A DNA stretch of 64,000 nt, taken from positions 960,001 to 1,024,000 of the forward strand of contig CP166615.1 of NCBI GenBank assembly GCA_041937175.2. The letters run 5' to 3'. Below the pieces are notes generated by a model, which was given only the letters and a program-made list of their open reading frames with translations, was not told the DNA's origin and ran no database searches. The position numbers were made by a program, and so were the translations under genes. Origin of the DNA: Limnothrix sp. BL-A-16 (GTDB lineage: Bacteria > Cyanobacteriota > Cyanobacteriia > CACIAM-69d). Position 1 is the stretch's first letter; the number at the start of each line of letters is the position of its first letter. Shown piece after piece: positions 52,402-62,522 of this stretch.

Positions 52402-54078
52402 CTAGGAGTCTTTGGCGGCTTCTAGCAGTTGTCCCCGCTCAACGGTGGGGGTAATTTGCCAACCCCGGTTTTGTAAAGATTCCAGGATTTCGCGGGAGGG
52501 GCGATAGAGCCAAACCCGATCGCCCAAGGGCTGGCCCGCCAAATCAGCGGGCGATCGCACGAACAGAAACTGCACGGCGGGATCGGTGCGATAGCCCAGC
52601 CCGATCGCCCGGCCCACCTTTTCCGGCCCCGTCAGCACCCATTGCTTAGGACGATTGGCCAGGGCGGCAGCCACTTCGCCATCATAAAAACTGCTGTATT
52701 TGTTCCACCAAGTATCCGCCTGCACCATGGTGATGCTGGAAGCGAGGCTAACCGACACCAACAGCACGGTGACGACCTGGCCCAATCGTCGGCCATATTG
52801 CCCAGCCAGGGAATGGGAAGAGCGCGGGGTTACCCAAAATTCCGCCAGGCTGTAGGCCACTGCTAAGATCACCCCGATCGAGGGGCCCAACAAGAAACGG
52901 GGCACGGTCGATCGCTGTCCCCCATCAATCAAGTCGGGAATGGCCAGGGCCAAAAAGGGCACAGCCAACCCACAAAGCACCAAACATTTCGCCGCTTCAT
53001 TGGCAAATTGGCAGAGAATTCGGAAACTCCAAACCACCAAGCCCGCCACTGGCAACAGCACGCCCCACCAAACCCAGCTTGCCAATTGGGCTTCGTCCTG
53101 GCCCGTTTCCACATTCACCAGCCGATCGCTTGTCAGGCCCTGCACATCCGCAAACAAACCCACCAGGCCAATCAACCAGCGCCGGCCGATCGTCAGCCAA
53201 CCCACATCGCGCCCCACCCAAGCCATGCCGTCAAAGTGGATCAAATAAACCACCAACCAAGGCAAAAAGGCCGCACTACCCAGCGCCGCCGCGATCGCCC
53301 AAGCGCGCATTTGACGGTTCCAACGAAACCGTTCCAGCCAAGTCATCCATAGCCCATGGCCAAAAATCGTGAGCGCAAAGGTGGGGTGAGCATACAAACC
53401 CAGGGCGATCGCCCCGCCATAGGCCAGCCATCCCCGTTGCACCCGTTGCAGTCGGCCCGCCGGGTCAAAGGCCCGGGATTCATGCCAAGCCCGCTGCACC
53501 CGCACCAACAGGGATCCGGATACCAGCACCAACAACACCACTAGGCTATATTCCCGGGCCTCCTGAGCATAGACCAAGTGCAGCGGCGACAGGCTCAACA
53601 GCAAAACCGACAGCAACGCCACGGTCCAAGAGCGGAAAAGTTCCCAAGCCAACCAAACCATGGCCGGAAAGGTGAGCCAACTGATCAAGGCTGAGGTCAA
53701 CCGAATTTGATCGATCGCCCGGCCACCAAACCCGGCCAACACCCTGGCAAATCCATAGAACAGGGGTGGATGTTGGGGATTGTCCGTGGCCAGGGCGATG
53801 GTGGTGGCTCGCAAGCCCTCGATCAGGTTTTGATCGGCGGGCAGGGTTTGGAACTGCATTAGGTCGGCCATGGTCACCGGTTGGCGATCGCTGGCGGCCC
53901 GGGTGGCCCAAGCCACGGCGGTTTCTTTGCCCACGCCGGCCACCCGCATGGCGCTATGAATTTCATCAATCCAGTGGAATTTCTGGGGCAAGTTGGTGAC
54001 CCGCAACCCCAGGCCCAGCCCAATCGCCAGAACCAAAACCAGGGACAGCAGCCAGCTCGATCGTCTTAGGGCGTACAT
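52402..54078 (-). CDS. GT-C (GT39/GT83, PMT-like) membrane glycosyltransferase
   Basis: WIDE motif, HPPLFY, LSP...YAQEAREYSL; many TM helices. Confidence 0.85.
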   Translation of the reverse strand: MYALRRSSWLLSLVLVLAIGLGLGLRVTNLPQKFHWIDEIHSAMRVAGVGKETAVAWATRAASDRQPVTMADLMQFQTLPADQNLIEGLRATTIALATDNPQHPPLFYGFARVLAGFGGRAIDQIRLTSALISWLTFPAMVWLAWELFRSWTVALLSVLLLSLSPLHLVYAQEAREYSLVVLLVLVSGSLLVRVQRAWHESRAFDPAGRLQRVQRGWLAYGGAIALGLYAHPTFALTIFGHGLWMTWLERFRWNRQMRAWAIAAALGSAAFLPWLVVYLIHFDGMAWVGRDVGWLTIGRRWLIGLVGLFADVQGLTSDRLVNVETGQDEAQLASWVWWGVLLPVAGLVVWSFRILCQFANEAAKCLVLCGLAVPFLALAIPDLIDGGQRSTVPRFLLGPSIGVILAVAYSLAEFWVTPRSSHSLAGQYGRRLGQVVTVLLVSVSLASSITMVQADTWWNKYSSFYDGEVAAALANRPKQWVLTGPEKVGRAIGLGYRTDPAVQFLFVRSPADLAGQPLGDRVWLYRPSREILESLQNRGWQITPTVERGQLLEAAKDS

Positions 54079-54140
54079 GGCAAGGTTAAGGGCAACGGCA
54101 AAGGGGCAAGAGAGCTAAGTTCTGGCGGTGTTCGGCAACA

Positions 54141-56084
54141 TCAGGCCGGTGGCGGCGGGGTGATCTCGGTAGCCACCTTGGCTAGGCACTTCGCATCGAG
54201 AACCACCAAATCCGGTTGTTGATAGGTCTGGCAGGGGTGATTGGGGGTTAAAAAGGTTCTGAGGGCGGGCTTTTCACCGCGATTGAGCCGATCGAGCGCC
54301 TGTTGTTGCACCGGTTGAAATTGGCGTAACCAGCGGTTGGCTCGCCGCTCCTTGGCACTCAGGTAATCGATCGTGAAGGTGTCGCGATCGAGCAGCCAAA
54401 AATCAATGCCGTATTGCTGATTGAAGGCCAACACCGCCGCCAGATCTGGGCTATAGAGCGCTTGCAGCAAATCCATCATCCGCTGCCGAAATACACGGTA
54501 ATAGCCCCAATGGTAAGGAATGGCATATTCACGGGCCACCAAAACCGATCGCCCGGCAAAGGTGGGCAGATTATCGGCCTCCTTGGCCAAGGACGCAACC
54601 CGCAAATCCACCGGCTGGGTCGCAAAAAATTGGTACAGGCCCGGCGATTCTCCGGCGACGTAGTTGGCCTTGGGGAAGCGTTTCAGGCTGAGGGGATAGA
54701 GCACTGCACCGCTAAATAGCCCGATCGCCAAGAGTGCCGCCAACAAGCGCTGAAGACCCCGGCCGGAGCCTGAGGCTGGGGCAATGGTTCGGCTGGAGTC
54801 TGGGCTAGTTCGTTGAGAGTTGGCTTCGGTGTCGGTGAATTTGGTGCTCATCACTGGATCGGTTAAGCCAGACCGCGATCGACCAGTGCCCAAGAGCTGA
54901 TCCAGCAGCAGCGTTAACACCAAGGCCGCCGCGATCGGCAACATCATCCGAATGCTGTGTTGGGTGTAGCGACCGGGCAAATGGAGCCGAAACAGCAGCA
55001 AATGGGCCAAGGTATAGCAACCGATGCCGGAGGCAAGCCAAATGGGCAACAGGGCCAGGCGATCGCTCAGTTGCTTGCCCAAATGCCAGCGATCGCGCTG
55101 CCACCAGGCCACCGGTAACAACAACCCCAAGGCCAGGGTGGCCGGCGTGAATGGATCCTTGGGCAACAGGCTGCTGCGTTGCCCCAAAATCCAAAAGTCA
55201 AACCAGTTGTCATCAAAAAAGTTGGCCCGGCCGCTGGAGAAAAACTCCGGGAGCGATCGCGCTTGGCTGACGGTCACCACCGGGCCATAGTCCGAAGCTT
55301 GCAGGGCATAGAGACCCAGGACAGTGATCCCCGCGATCCCACCGCCTAGGGCCAAGCGATCACGCCGCTGAGTTAGGGTGGCGGCGGGGCCCCAACGGCT
55401 GGCAATCAGCGCCCGCAATCCGGCCGGCCACTGCCAGCGCCATCGCCAACACCAATCAATCGCCAAGATGCCCAAGGCCACCAGGACGTATTGGGGATAG
55501 AACAGGCCCAGCAGCCCGATCGTGCCCAAAACCCAACCCAGGCTGGAGCGTACCCACCCCCAAGCAAAGGCCAAAAAGAGCGGGTAAAGGAACGATCGGG
55601 GGGTAGCGGAAGCCAAGTCATCGGTCATGGCCAACACTTGACTGGTGAGCACCGATCCCAAAAATCCGGCCACTGGAATCGGCAATAGGGCTGTGGTTAG
55701 GCCAAAGGCTAATCCTGCGACCAACAACCCCAGCCCGATCGGCAGAATTTTGCTCACCCCCAGCGGATGAAACCCTGCCCAAGCCAACAGCCGATAGAGG
55801 GTGCGATAGCCTTCCGGGGCCACGGATTGAAAATAATCCGCAATCCAATCCTCAGGAAAAAGGGTGGGATCTAGCCAGCGCTGCATCCAAAACACATGCT
55901 GGCGAGCATCGTCTTGGACAATGTAGGGGCCGCCTGTGGCCTGGCGATAGCCGGCCCAGCCAATGGCCAGGGCGATCGCCCCGCTGGCCAACAGCCAGCC
56001 CCACCAATCGCGCCGCTGGGGCTGGGCCGGAAACAGCCAGCACCGGAGCCGATCGCTCCAAGGGATGAACCGTGGGGCCGTCAT
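54141..56084 (-). CDS. Polytopic membrane protein, possibly GT-C fold
   Basis: VQDDARQH after TM1, many TM segments, LHLPGRY, C-terminal soluble domain; ATGA overlap with murG. Confidence 0.7.
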   Translation of the reverse strand: MTAPRFIPWSDRLRCWLFPAQPQRRDWWGWLLASGAIALAIGWAGYRQATGGPYIVQDDARQHVFWMQRWLDPTLFPEDWIADYFQSVAPEGYRTLYRLLAWAGFHPLGVSKILPIGLGLLVAGLAFGLTTALLPIPVAGFLGSVLTSQVLAMTDDLASATPRSFLYPLFLAFAWGWVRSSLGWVLGTIGLLGLFYPQYVLVALGILAIDWCWRWRWQWPAGLRALIASRWGPAATLTQRRDRLALGGGIAGITVLGLYALQASDYGPVVTVSQARSLPEFFSSGRANFFDDNWFDFWILGQRSSLLPKDPFTPATLALGLLLPVAWWQRDRWHLGKQLSDRLALLPIWLASGIGCYTLAHLLLFRLHLPGRYTQHSIRMMLPIAAALVLTLLLDQLLGTGRSRSGLTDPVMSTKFTDTEANSQRTSPDSSRTIAPASGSGRGLQRLLAALLAIGLFSGAVLYPLSLKRFPKANYVAGESPGLYQFFATQPVDLRVASLAKEADNLPTFAGRSVLVAREYAIPYHWGYYRVFRQRMMDLLQALYSPDLAAVLAFNQQYGIDFWLLDRDTFTIDYLSAKERRANRWLRQFQPVQQQALDRLNRGEKPALRTFLTPNHPCQTYQQPDLVVLDAKCLAKVATEITPPPPA

Positions 56085-57190
56085 GGGCGGCGGGCTGCGC
56101 GGTCGATCGCCGCCGTCATTAATTGGGCCAACTGGGCGGCACTGTCGGGCACAGCCAGGGCGCGGGCCCGCTGGGCCATGGTGTCCAGGCGCGATCGATC
56201 CGCCAACAGTTCCAAAACTAAATCTCGCAGGCGATCGGGAGACAGTTGCCCCTGAGGAAACACCTGTGCGGCCCCCGCTTCCACAAAAACTTGCGCATTA
56301 AACGTTTGGTGATCATCGGCCGCGAAGGGATAGGGCACCAAAATCGAGGGGGTGGCGGTGGCGGCCAGCTCCGTTAACGTGCCTGCACCCGATCGACTCA
56401 CGGCCAAATCGGCCCGCCCCAGCAGGCTAGCCATATCGTCATAGAACGGGAGCGCAATGTATTGGGGATGTTCAAAGCTGGCCGCATCCGGATCCCGATC
56501 GCCCGTTAAATGCACCACCCAAGCCCCCATCGCAAACCAAGCCGCCGCCACTTCCCGCACCAACCGATTCAGGGCCACGGCCCCTTGGCTGCCGCCGGCC
56601 ACCACAATCAACGGTGCATCCTCCGGCACGGGCAAGGCCAGCGGTTCCGGCTTCCAGAATCGATCGCGGGCGGGCGTGCCGGTGCAAAGGGCCGCAATCT
56701 TCCGTTGGCGCAACCGCTGGCCCGCCACCTCAAAGCCCACGGCCACCGTGTCGCACCAGGGACCAAACCAGCGCGTGACCCGGCCAGGAATGGCGTTGGA
56801 CTCGTGCAACACCACGGGCAACCCAAGCGATCGAGCGGCCACAATGGCCGGCCCGGCAATATAACCCCCGGTGGTCAGCACGCCGGCAAACTGTCCCCGC
56901 TGCAACAGCCGACGTACCGCAAAGACAGACTTCACCAAGCCATAGGCCGTGGACAGGGTTTTCCAGCCCAATCGCTCCTGAAAACCGGTCACCGGAATGG
57001 TGTGCAATGGAAAGCAATCGGGTACAAGCTTTGTTTCCAGGCGATCGGGCACACCAAGCCACTCGATCGTCCATCGATCGGTCAACTCTTGGGCCGCCGC
57101 CAGCGCCGGGAACAAATGCCCTCCCGTGCCACTGGCGGCCACTAACAATCGCTGCGGGGCGGTTGCTGCCAAACCGTTTCTCTCTTTCAA
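56081..57190 (-). CDS. murG: Undecaprenyl-PP-MurNAc-pentapeptide GlcNAc transferase
   Basis: SGTGGHLFPA, TGGYIAGP, HESNAIPG, GGSQGA, SRSGAGTLTEL, DDHQTFNA. Confidence 0.96.
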   Translation of the reverse strand: MKERNGLAATAPQRLLVAASGTGGHLFPALAAAQELTDRWTIEWLGVPDRLETKLVPDCFPLHTIPVTGFQERLGWKTLSTAYGLVKSVFAVRRLLQRGQFAGVLTTGGYIAGPAIVAARSLGLPVVLHESNAIPGRVTRWFGPWCDTVAVGFEVAGQRLRQRKIAALCTGTPARDRFWKPEPLALPVPEDAPLIVVAGGSQGAVALNRLVREVAAAWFAMGAWVVHLTGDRDPDAASFEHPQYIALPFYDDMASLLGRADLAVSRSGAGTLTELAATATPSILVPYPFAADDHQTFNAQVFVEAGAAQVFPQGQLSPDRLRDLVLELLADRSRLDTMAQRARALAVPDSAAQLAQLMTAAIDRAARRP

Positions 57191-57304
57191 CCGCTACAAT
57201 CGGACAGGCAAGGCGGGAACTGATTTCAGAGCGGCGCAATCCGAGCGATCGCCCCCTTTGAGTCATCAATCCGGCCGATTCCCGACTTCTTAAATTATCA
57301 TTCC

Positions 57305-58111
57305 ATGCTTCTTCGTGCTTGTTACGTCTTGGGAAATCCGCAACCGATCCAGCGGGCTAGCCGGTGGGGACTCGCCCTCGGAGCCAGTCTGCTGATGGCC
57401 ATGGGCACTGCCGTCAACCCTGCCGCCGCCGTAACGATCGATCCCAACGTGCAAGCCCTGTTGAGCGACATCGATCGCGCCGCCAGCGCCAAAGATACCG
57501 GTTTGCTGCAACGGTTCGCCCCCAATTTCCGCAGCGCCGACGGTCTCAGCCGCGACGAGTTGGGCCGCTCCCTCAGCCAGTTTTGGCAATCCTTTGATCA
57601 GGTGACCTACAGCACCACCGTTGAAAAGGCTGATCGCGATCGGGATACTTGGATTCTCGAAACCCGCACCGACATTACCGCCACCAAAGCCAACACCACC
57701 CTCGGGCCCGTCAAACTGGTTACGGAAGTCCGCGCCCGCCAGACCATTCAAAACGGCCTGGTAATCCGTCAAGAACTGCTTGATGAGCGCACCACCACCC
57801 AATGGGGCAGCAAACCACCTCGCGTGAGGGTGCGGCTGCCGGAGCGAGTGCGCCCGGGAGATACCTACACCTTCGATGCGATCGTGCAAGATCCGTTGGG
57901 CGACACCCTCTTGGCTGGCAGCGCGATCGATATGCCCGTGCGCCCGGAGGTGTATGCCATTCCCCAAAATGCAGCCCTAGAACCCATTTCTGCTGGGGGG
58001 TTGTTCAAGGTGGGGCGCGCGCCCAATAGCCCAGGATCTCGCTGGATTTCCGCTGTTTTGGTGGGGCCCGAAGGCATGACTTGGATTACCGAACGCTTGG
58101 AAGTGCGCTAG
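57305..58111 (+). CDS. Exported NTF2-like (SnoaL-fold) protein
   Basis: Signal peptide; F...DGL.R..L...L..FW; C-terminal GGLFKVGRAP..PG..WISA. Confidence 0.7.
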   Translation: MLLRACYVLGNPQPIQRASRWGLALGASLLMAMGTAVNPAAAVTIDPNVQALLSDIDRAASAKDTGLLQRFAPNFRSADGLSRDELGRSLSQFWQSFDQVTYSTTVEKADRDRDTWILETRTDITATKANTTLGPVKLVTEVRARQTIQNGLVIRQELLDERTTTQWGSKPPRVRVRLPERVRPGDTYTFDAIVQDPLGDTLLAGSAIDMPVRPEVYAIPQNAALEPISAGGLFKVGRAPNSPGSRWISAVLVGPEGMTWITERLEVR

Positions 58112-58142
58112 GTCTTTTACGACGAGCCTAGATTGGGCTGGA

Positions 58143-61010
58143 TTAATTGGACTGGCGGAATTGGCGACAATTCAACGGGAAACCCAACTGGGGAGTCGCT
58201 TGCTTGGCCACAAGGGCGATCGAACCGTTGGCCCGAGTCACCCAACCTTGAGCTTCAACAATTGGCTCAGAAATAACTGGCTCAGATGGCCCGGCGGAAA
58301 CCGTGCGATCGGGCAAATTCGGGGCGATCGCCCGATCAGGAGCATCCGTCGCCTCCCCCGTCAGGTTGCCACCCAGCCACCGCACATCATCCCAATAGGC
58401 CCCCGCACTGCTGGCTGGCTGATCGGGTTCCGCCGGTAAGCCACCCCGTCCTGTCACCACAAATCGGTTACCCTCATCCGCTGCGCAACCGATAATAATC
58501 GCCGCTGTTGGATCCAAAGTGTCTTCCGGTAAGTCAATCAACCCCGACTCATCATTGAAGTTTTGGGTGTTGATTTGCACCGCGCCGCTGAAATTCGCCC
58601 CCAGCCCCGAAGTGGCCGTGATGTCGCTTTGGGGGGTGAGCTGCTGTCGAAAGGCCGTTCCCAAAACCGTATCCGCTTGAATGTCAACGCGCCCGCCCCG
58701 CCCCGCCTGGGCATTCGCCGTAATGTCGCTATTTTGTAGGGCGGCCAGGGAAGAAAGCTGAAACCGGATGTTGCCGCCGTCACTGCGCACGGCGTTGGTG
58801 GCGATCGAACTGCCGGCCAACATTTGCAGCGTGTTCACCTGCACATCAATGTTGCCCCCACGGCCGGAGGCGGTGTTGGCGGTGATGTTACTGTTTTCCA
58901 AACGGAGGCGATCGCCCGTGATGCTGAGGCTGCCCGCATCCCCCGTCAGGCTGCTGTTGACGGCAATTTCCCCTTGGTTGCGAATCACCAAATCGCCCAC
59001 TTGCAGGTTTAAACTGCCGCTGTTGCCCGTGGCGGTGATTTGGGGCAAATCTGCTCGCCCGGAAACCGCCAACAGCCCGCTGCGGAAACCATCGGCCGAT
59101 CGCCCACTGATTTCCATGCGATCGGCCTTGATGGTGATGTCTCCCCCTTGACCCAACCCCAGCGAGGAGCTAGAGAGGGTTGCGCCGTCCAAAACCCGCA
59201 GGAATGGCGTTTCAATCAACACGTTGCCGGCCGGATATTCCGTGAAGGTATCGGTGGCAATCCCACTGGAGAACAAGCGATCACCGGAACTTCCAATCAG
59301 GTCAATTTGGCGGGCGGCCCGAATCGTAATTTCGCCGGGTACCCCTCCCACCGGAAACAACCCAATCCGAATGTTGGCCCCGCTCTGCCCCCCAATAAAT
59401 GCCCCATCACGCACCGTGAGGGTATTGGTTTCAATGAGCATGGCTCCGCCCCGACCATTGCCAGCGATGGTGTTCGTGAAAATCCCACTGGCCACGGAAG
59501 CAAGGGGCACTGCATCTTTAATTTCAATGCCGTCCCGAACTTGCACCGTCAAAGCGCCGCCGGGGCCGTTGCCTAAATTCACCGTCACCAGTAGCGCTCC
59601 CCCTTGCACCAACAAGGATCCAGCGCGAATCGTGAGGGATCCGCCTTCGCCCGTGGACTCGCGAGCATTGCCCGTACCAATCAGGGAGCTAGCCGCATTC
59701 GTTTGCTCGGCATTGATGATGATGTCGCCGCCTCGGGCTGCGCCAAAGGTGGGCGCAAACACAACGGCCCCATCGGCAACTGTCAGGTTGCGCGCATTCA
59801 GCCGAATGGAACCCCCATTCCCCAGTCCAGCGGTGTTGATGTATAAGCCAGCGATGCGAACTTCAGGGGTAATTTGCCCCACCAAGCTGCCGCCAACAAT
59901 CACCTCGTTCACAAACTGCAATCCCAGGCCACTGAGGGTGATGGCATCGGTGGCACGAATATCAATGTCGCCGCCCTGGCCGGAGGCAAAGGTGCTGGCG
60001 GAAAGGAGGGCGGGCCCTTGGGTGTTGAAGCGGTTGGCTTCAATGACGATCGAGCCACCTCGGCCGGAGCCGCTGGTGTCGGTCACGATCGCGCTGGGCT
60101 GTTGGCCGGTGGGATCAATGCCCGCCACCACCACTTGATCAGCCCCGATCGCGATTCCCCGGCCGTTCACTGCCCCTTGCGTCAGGGCGGTGACCGTGGA
60201 GCCGTTGAGGATGGCCACTTGGCCCGCCTGCAGATTCAGCAGGCCACCGCCGGGCCCGCTGGCATCGATCGCGGCTTGCTGATCCAAATTAATCACGCCG
60301 CTGCGTTGGGCCGTGCCCAGGCCGATCGGCCCGTTGGTTTGCCAGCGCACCGTACCACCGGCCGCGCTGATCAGATCAATTTGCCCCTGAGGAGCCACGG
60401 CCCGCCCGCCCGCCAGGTCGATCGCCCCGCCCACCAACGACAGCCGCTGGGTCGGAGCCACCACCAAACTCCCCAACAGCCGAATCGGAGCCGGTTGTGA
60501 ACCTAACTGCAACCCTAAAGGAACCTGGGAGGACAACAGTGGGGCCCCACCCGATCGCCCCGCATCAAAGGTCACCCCATCGCCAAACACCAACCCTTCG
60601 GCCGTGCTGGCCCAAAATGCGCCCCCCAGTTGCAACTGGGCATTGGGCCCAAACAAAATTCCGTTGGGATTCAGCAGAAAAAGATTGGTTGAACCATTGG
60701 CCCGAAGCGTGCCCAAAATCTCCGATCCTTGGCTACCGGTCACCCGGGTGATGGCGTTTTGAACCTCTGCGCCCGTGTTGAACCAAGCGGTTATGCCCTC
60801 AGGAACCGAAAAGCGCTCAAAGCTGTGGAATAAATTCCCTCCCGATCGGGTGCCCCCGTCGATCTGGATCGTGTCGCCCGTGGTTTGGATGCGCGACGGT
60901 TCCGGCAATGTGCCATCGGGGGCGATCGGCCCCACTTGGGCCCCGGCAGCGCCTCCCCAAAGCCAAACACAACAGCCCGCCGCCAGCCATCTTCGCCGCA
61001 AATTTCCCAT
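58143..61010 (-). CDS. Filamentous haemagglutinin N-terminal (TPS) domain exoprotein
   Basis: NLFHSFERFSV, NLFLLNPNGILFG; Gly-rich beta-helix repeats; C-terminal FVVTGRGGLP and EAQGW. Start uncertain (61010, 61136 or 61172). Confidence 0.88.
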   Translation of the reverse strand: MGNLRRRWLAAGCCVWLWGGAAGAQVGPIAPDGTLPEPSRIQTTGDTIQIDGGTRSGGNLFHSFERFSVPEGITAWFNTGAEVQNAITRVTGSQGSEILGTLRANGSTNLFLLNPNGILFGPNAQLQLGGAFWASTAEGLVFGDGVTFDAGRSGGAPLLSSQVPLGLQLGSQPAPIRLLGSLVVAPTQRLSLVGGAIDLAGGRAVAPQGQIDLISAAGGTVRWQTNGPIGLGTAQRSGVINLDQQAAIDASGPGGGLLNLQAGQVAILNGSTVTALTQGAVNGRGIAIGADQVVVAGIDPTGQQPSAIVTDTSGSGRGGSIVIEANRFNTQGPALLSASTFASGQGGDIDIRATDAITLSGLGLQFVNEVIVGGSLVGQITPEVRIAGLYINTAGLGNGGSIRLNARNLTVADGAVVFAPTFGAARGGDIIINAEQTNAASSLIGTGNARESTGEGGSLTIRAGSLLVQGGALLVTVNLGNGPGGALTVQVRDGIEIKDAVPLASVASGIFTNTIAGNGRGGAMLIETNTLTVRDGAFIGGQSGANIRIGLFPVGGVPGEITIRAARQIDLIGSSGDRLFSSGIATDTFTEYPAGNVLIETPFLRVLDGATLSSSSLGLGQGGDITIKADRMEISGRSADGFRSGLLAVSGRADLPQITATGNSGSLNLQVGDLVIRNQGEIAVNSSLTGDAGSLSITGDRLRLENSNITANTASGRGGNIDVQVNTLQMLAGSSIATNAVRSDGGNIRFQLSSLAALQNSDITANAQAGRGGRVDIQADTVLGTAFRQQLTPQSDITATSGLGANFSGAVQINTQNFNDESGLIDLPEDTLDPTAAIIIGCAADEGNRFVVTGRGGLPAEPDQPASSAGAYWDDVRWLGGNLTGEATDAPDRAIAPNLPDRTVSAGPSEPVISEPIVEAQGWVTRANGSIALVAKQATPQLGFPLNCRQFRQSN

Positions 61011-61254
61011 CGTCCTTTGGATCGGTGTTTGGCCCGTTTGACCCGTTTGGCCAAGGCCCCCTCCCAGGAAGATAACAAACGGCCAGCGAGTGCTGAGGCT
61101 CCCCGCGTTTGCTGTATTTACCCGATCGCCAGTCATGAAACAACGCATCCAAAACGCCTCATGGGCGGCCAAGCAAGGAGTCCGCCTTGCTGTGTTATAC
61201 CAACGACCCGAGACGCACCCGTAAAAGCAATCGATCTCAAACCATCAAATCATC

Positions 61255-61296
61255 AAGATTCATGATCAAAGATTCATGATCAAAGATTTCTGATCG
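61255..61296. repeat. 14-bp tandem repeat x3
   Basis: aagattcatgatca x2 plus aagatttctgatcg. Confidence 0.75.
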
Positions 61297-61348
61297 CAAT
61301 TCCTGATCCAAGTCAATCATCTAATTTTCAATCCTCAAACTGACCGAG

Positions 61349-61813
61349 CTACCGCTTGAGGGCCCGTTCCATATCGCGCTGATCTTGCTTGCGCTTGAGA
61401 TCTTCGCGCTTGTCGTGCAGTTTCTTGCCTCGGGCCAGCCCGATCGCCACCTTGACCCATCCCCCCTTTAAATACATGCGCAAGGGAACCAGGGTCAGTC
61501 CCTTTTGATCCACCTGTCCCACCAGTTTGCGGATTTCTTCCTTGTGTAGCAGCAGCTTGCGCGTGCGGCGAGGGTCGTGGTTAAAGTAGCTGCCCGTGGT
61601 GTCGTGGGGCGAAATATGCACATTCAGCAGCAACGCTTCGCCATTGCGAATGAGGGCGAAACCATCCCGCAGGTTCACCTTGCCAGCCCGAATGGACTTC
61701 ACCTCAGTGCCCTTCAGTTCAACCCCCGCCTCGTAGGTTGCCAAAATTTCGTACTCGTAGCGGGCTTGGCGGTTGTCAGCGACAATTTTGTACCCACTTT
61801 GCTTGTCGGCCAC
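61349..61813 (-). CDS. smpB: SsrA-binding protein
   Basis: [41 protein letters not shown]. Confidence 0.97.
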   Translation of the reverse strand: MADKQSGYKIVADNRQARYEYEILATYEAGVELKGTEVKSIRAGKVNLRDGFALIRNGEALLLNVHISPHDTTGSYFNHDPRRTRKLLLHKEEIRKLVGQVDQKGLTLVPLRMYLKGGWVKVAIGLARGKKLHDKREDLKRKQDQRDMERALKR

Positions 61814-62283
61814 GCTGTTGATTAACCCTCCGTCGCGCTCTGACCCCGATTGGGAATCTTCATGTTGGTTCTGAGACCCAGGCCTGACCGGGATCGATAG
61901 GAGGTCTATTCTAACCGCTGATTCATCTCAAGCGGCGCAGTACCGGGATTTTGCAAGATTTGCGAGCCGATGGCGGTGGTGATTAGGGGCGATCGGGGGC
62001 AATCGGTGATGATCCGGGGTGGTGAGGAGTGGGATTGCAAAGCAAATGGCAAAAACATCGGCAAGGCCGGCAGCGATTAATCCTTCAGCAACCCTTCAGC
62101 AAGCTTTTCGCCAGATCATCGCGATCGAATCCTCAACTTGCGATCGATCCATGATGCAGTTTCCAAGGCTCTCGATCGCCCTCAGCAGTTTCCATGCAAG
62201 GGTTTTGGGCGAGGGCCAACGGTTCGATCGCCACCCATTCATCAGCCCCAGCGATCTTTGCTTCACAAAATATTAAGTGCCCC

Positions 62284-62319
62284 TTGACTATTTTGGGCTT
62301 AAATCGTATCTTTAGATAC
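62284..62319 (+). promoter_or_regulatory. gifB promoter with NtcA box overlapping the -10 element (repressor position)
   Basis: TTGACT (62284-89)-N17-TATCTT (62307-12); GTAtctttagaTAC at 62306-19. Confidence 0.8.
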
Positions 62320-62327
62320 AGAAACCA

Positions 62328-62480
62328 ATCGTTCATCTTTCCCCGCTAACACCACAGCTTGCAGGTCACCCTAGCAGCCGTTAGTTAGAAAGAAAGACGG
62401 AAGTAGGGATTCTAGGTCAATGTCGATTTTGGGTTAAGTCCTAACCACCGATCCACAGCCCGCAAATCCCGAAGGAACGC
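62328..62480 (+). ncRNA. Glutamine riboswitch (glnA RNA motif) with extended P2 and P3
   Basis: P1 CGTTC (62330-34)/GAACG (62475-79); P2 TCTTTC/GAAAGA; junction CGGAAGTA; P3 GGGATT/AATCCC followed by GAAGGAACGC; lies in the 5'UTR of gifB. Confidence 0.85.
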
Positions 62481-62522
62481 GCCTCAGTCAGATCCTGAAC
62501 GCATCTCCTGGAGGCGATCCTC

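Noticed and set aside
62019..62060. GTGAGGAGTG resembling the 5' end of Yfr2 sRNA
   Set aside because: The GGAAACA loop motifs expected in Yfr2 are absent.
61814..62280. tmRNA (ssrA) next to smpB
   Set aside because: No tRNA-like ends or tag-peptide frame recognised.
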